From assembly GCA_047495785.1 (NCBI GenBank), contig JBLDXI010000013.1, positions 1,364,001 through 1,428,000 on the forward strand: a stretch of DNA of 64,000 bases, written 5' to 3'. A program made the position numbers and the translations under genes. Below the pieces are notes generated by a model. That model saw only the letters and a program-made list of their open reading frames with translations, did no database searches and was not told the origin of the DNA. The DNA is from Lepidodermella squamata (taxonomy: Eukaryota; Animalia; Gastrotricha). Positions 63,651-64,000 of this stretch are shown here, piece by piece. Position 1 is the first letter of the stretch. Each line of letters begins with the position of its first letter.

Positions 63651-64000
63651 ACACCGTATTATATAATATTGCTGTTATTCATGCTTTGTTTATTTTTTAC
63701 GTGATCTCTCACTATATACCATTATTCGCCTCATCACTCGTTTTTTTCTGCATTTCTATTAAGGCTCTCACTTACCTCCACAGTCATTTATACAATTGTC
63801 TTCACCGTTTTTTTCCTGTAGCAATTTGGTTCCTAATTTTTGTTCCATTTTAAGTGACTCGTTGTTAACGTTGTTTTTGATGGTTATAAGCGACCTCTGT
63901 TGACACGTGCTCCACGTCGTAACATCTTGCAACACCTTGTATTCACTTTGGCTCCAGAATCTAAAGCGCATTATCTGAATTTGTATTGTGTAGTCAATTT

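Noticed and set aside
1-64000. tRNA, rRNA, snRNA or SL RNA genes
   Set aside because: GTTCGA-like hits (e.g. 135, 53343) lack cloverleaf context, and no RNA gene was recognisable by eye. An Infernal/tRNAscan run is needed to exclude them.

Overview
This is eukaryotic animal genomic DNA from a very compact genome. It carries about 21 recognisable spliced protein-coding genes in 64 kb, and almost all introns are short (~45-60 nt) GT-AG introns, so the ORF track breaks genes into fragments. MEIG1 plus a PESPAK-type (anion-clade) nicotinic receptor suggest a ciliated spiralian; this is an inference and the species cannot be determined. Gene order: ARMC8, EXOSC8, B3GALT-like, Sp-family zinc finger, SMIM15 (all minus); ICA1, GRWD1, TBK1/IKKe-like kinase (plus); TMEM145 (-); MEIG1 (+); COA1 and an SLC16 transporter (-); a degenerate RBR/IBR protein (+); a secreted two-Kunitz-like protein and an anion-type non-alpha nAChR-like subunit (-); a neuronal calcium sensor (-); WAC (+); villin, SH3BP5, HYOU1 and a Gfo/Idh/MocA oxidoreductase (-); and the start of an unknown Ser-rich gene (+). 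Main observations: (1) co-oriented gene runs with ~90-270 bp spacers, where a poly(A) signal is followed by an unpaired splice acceptor just before the next ATG, the signature of SL-trans-spliced operons; (2) an apparent two-gene unit of an atypical Cys-loop anion channel (no ACh aromatic box, Gln at M2 9') and a secreted toxin-like double-Kunitz protein; (3) a foldback-type MITE with an exact 8-bp TSD, a mariner-type MITE and a 90-nt near-perfect hairpin. Exon boundaries were read by eye and family assignments are from memory of motifs, not database searches.
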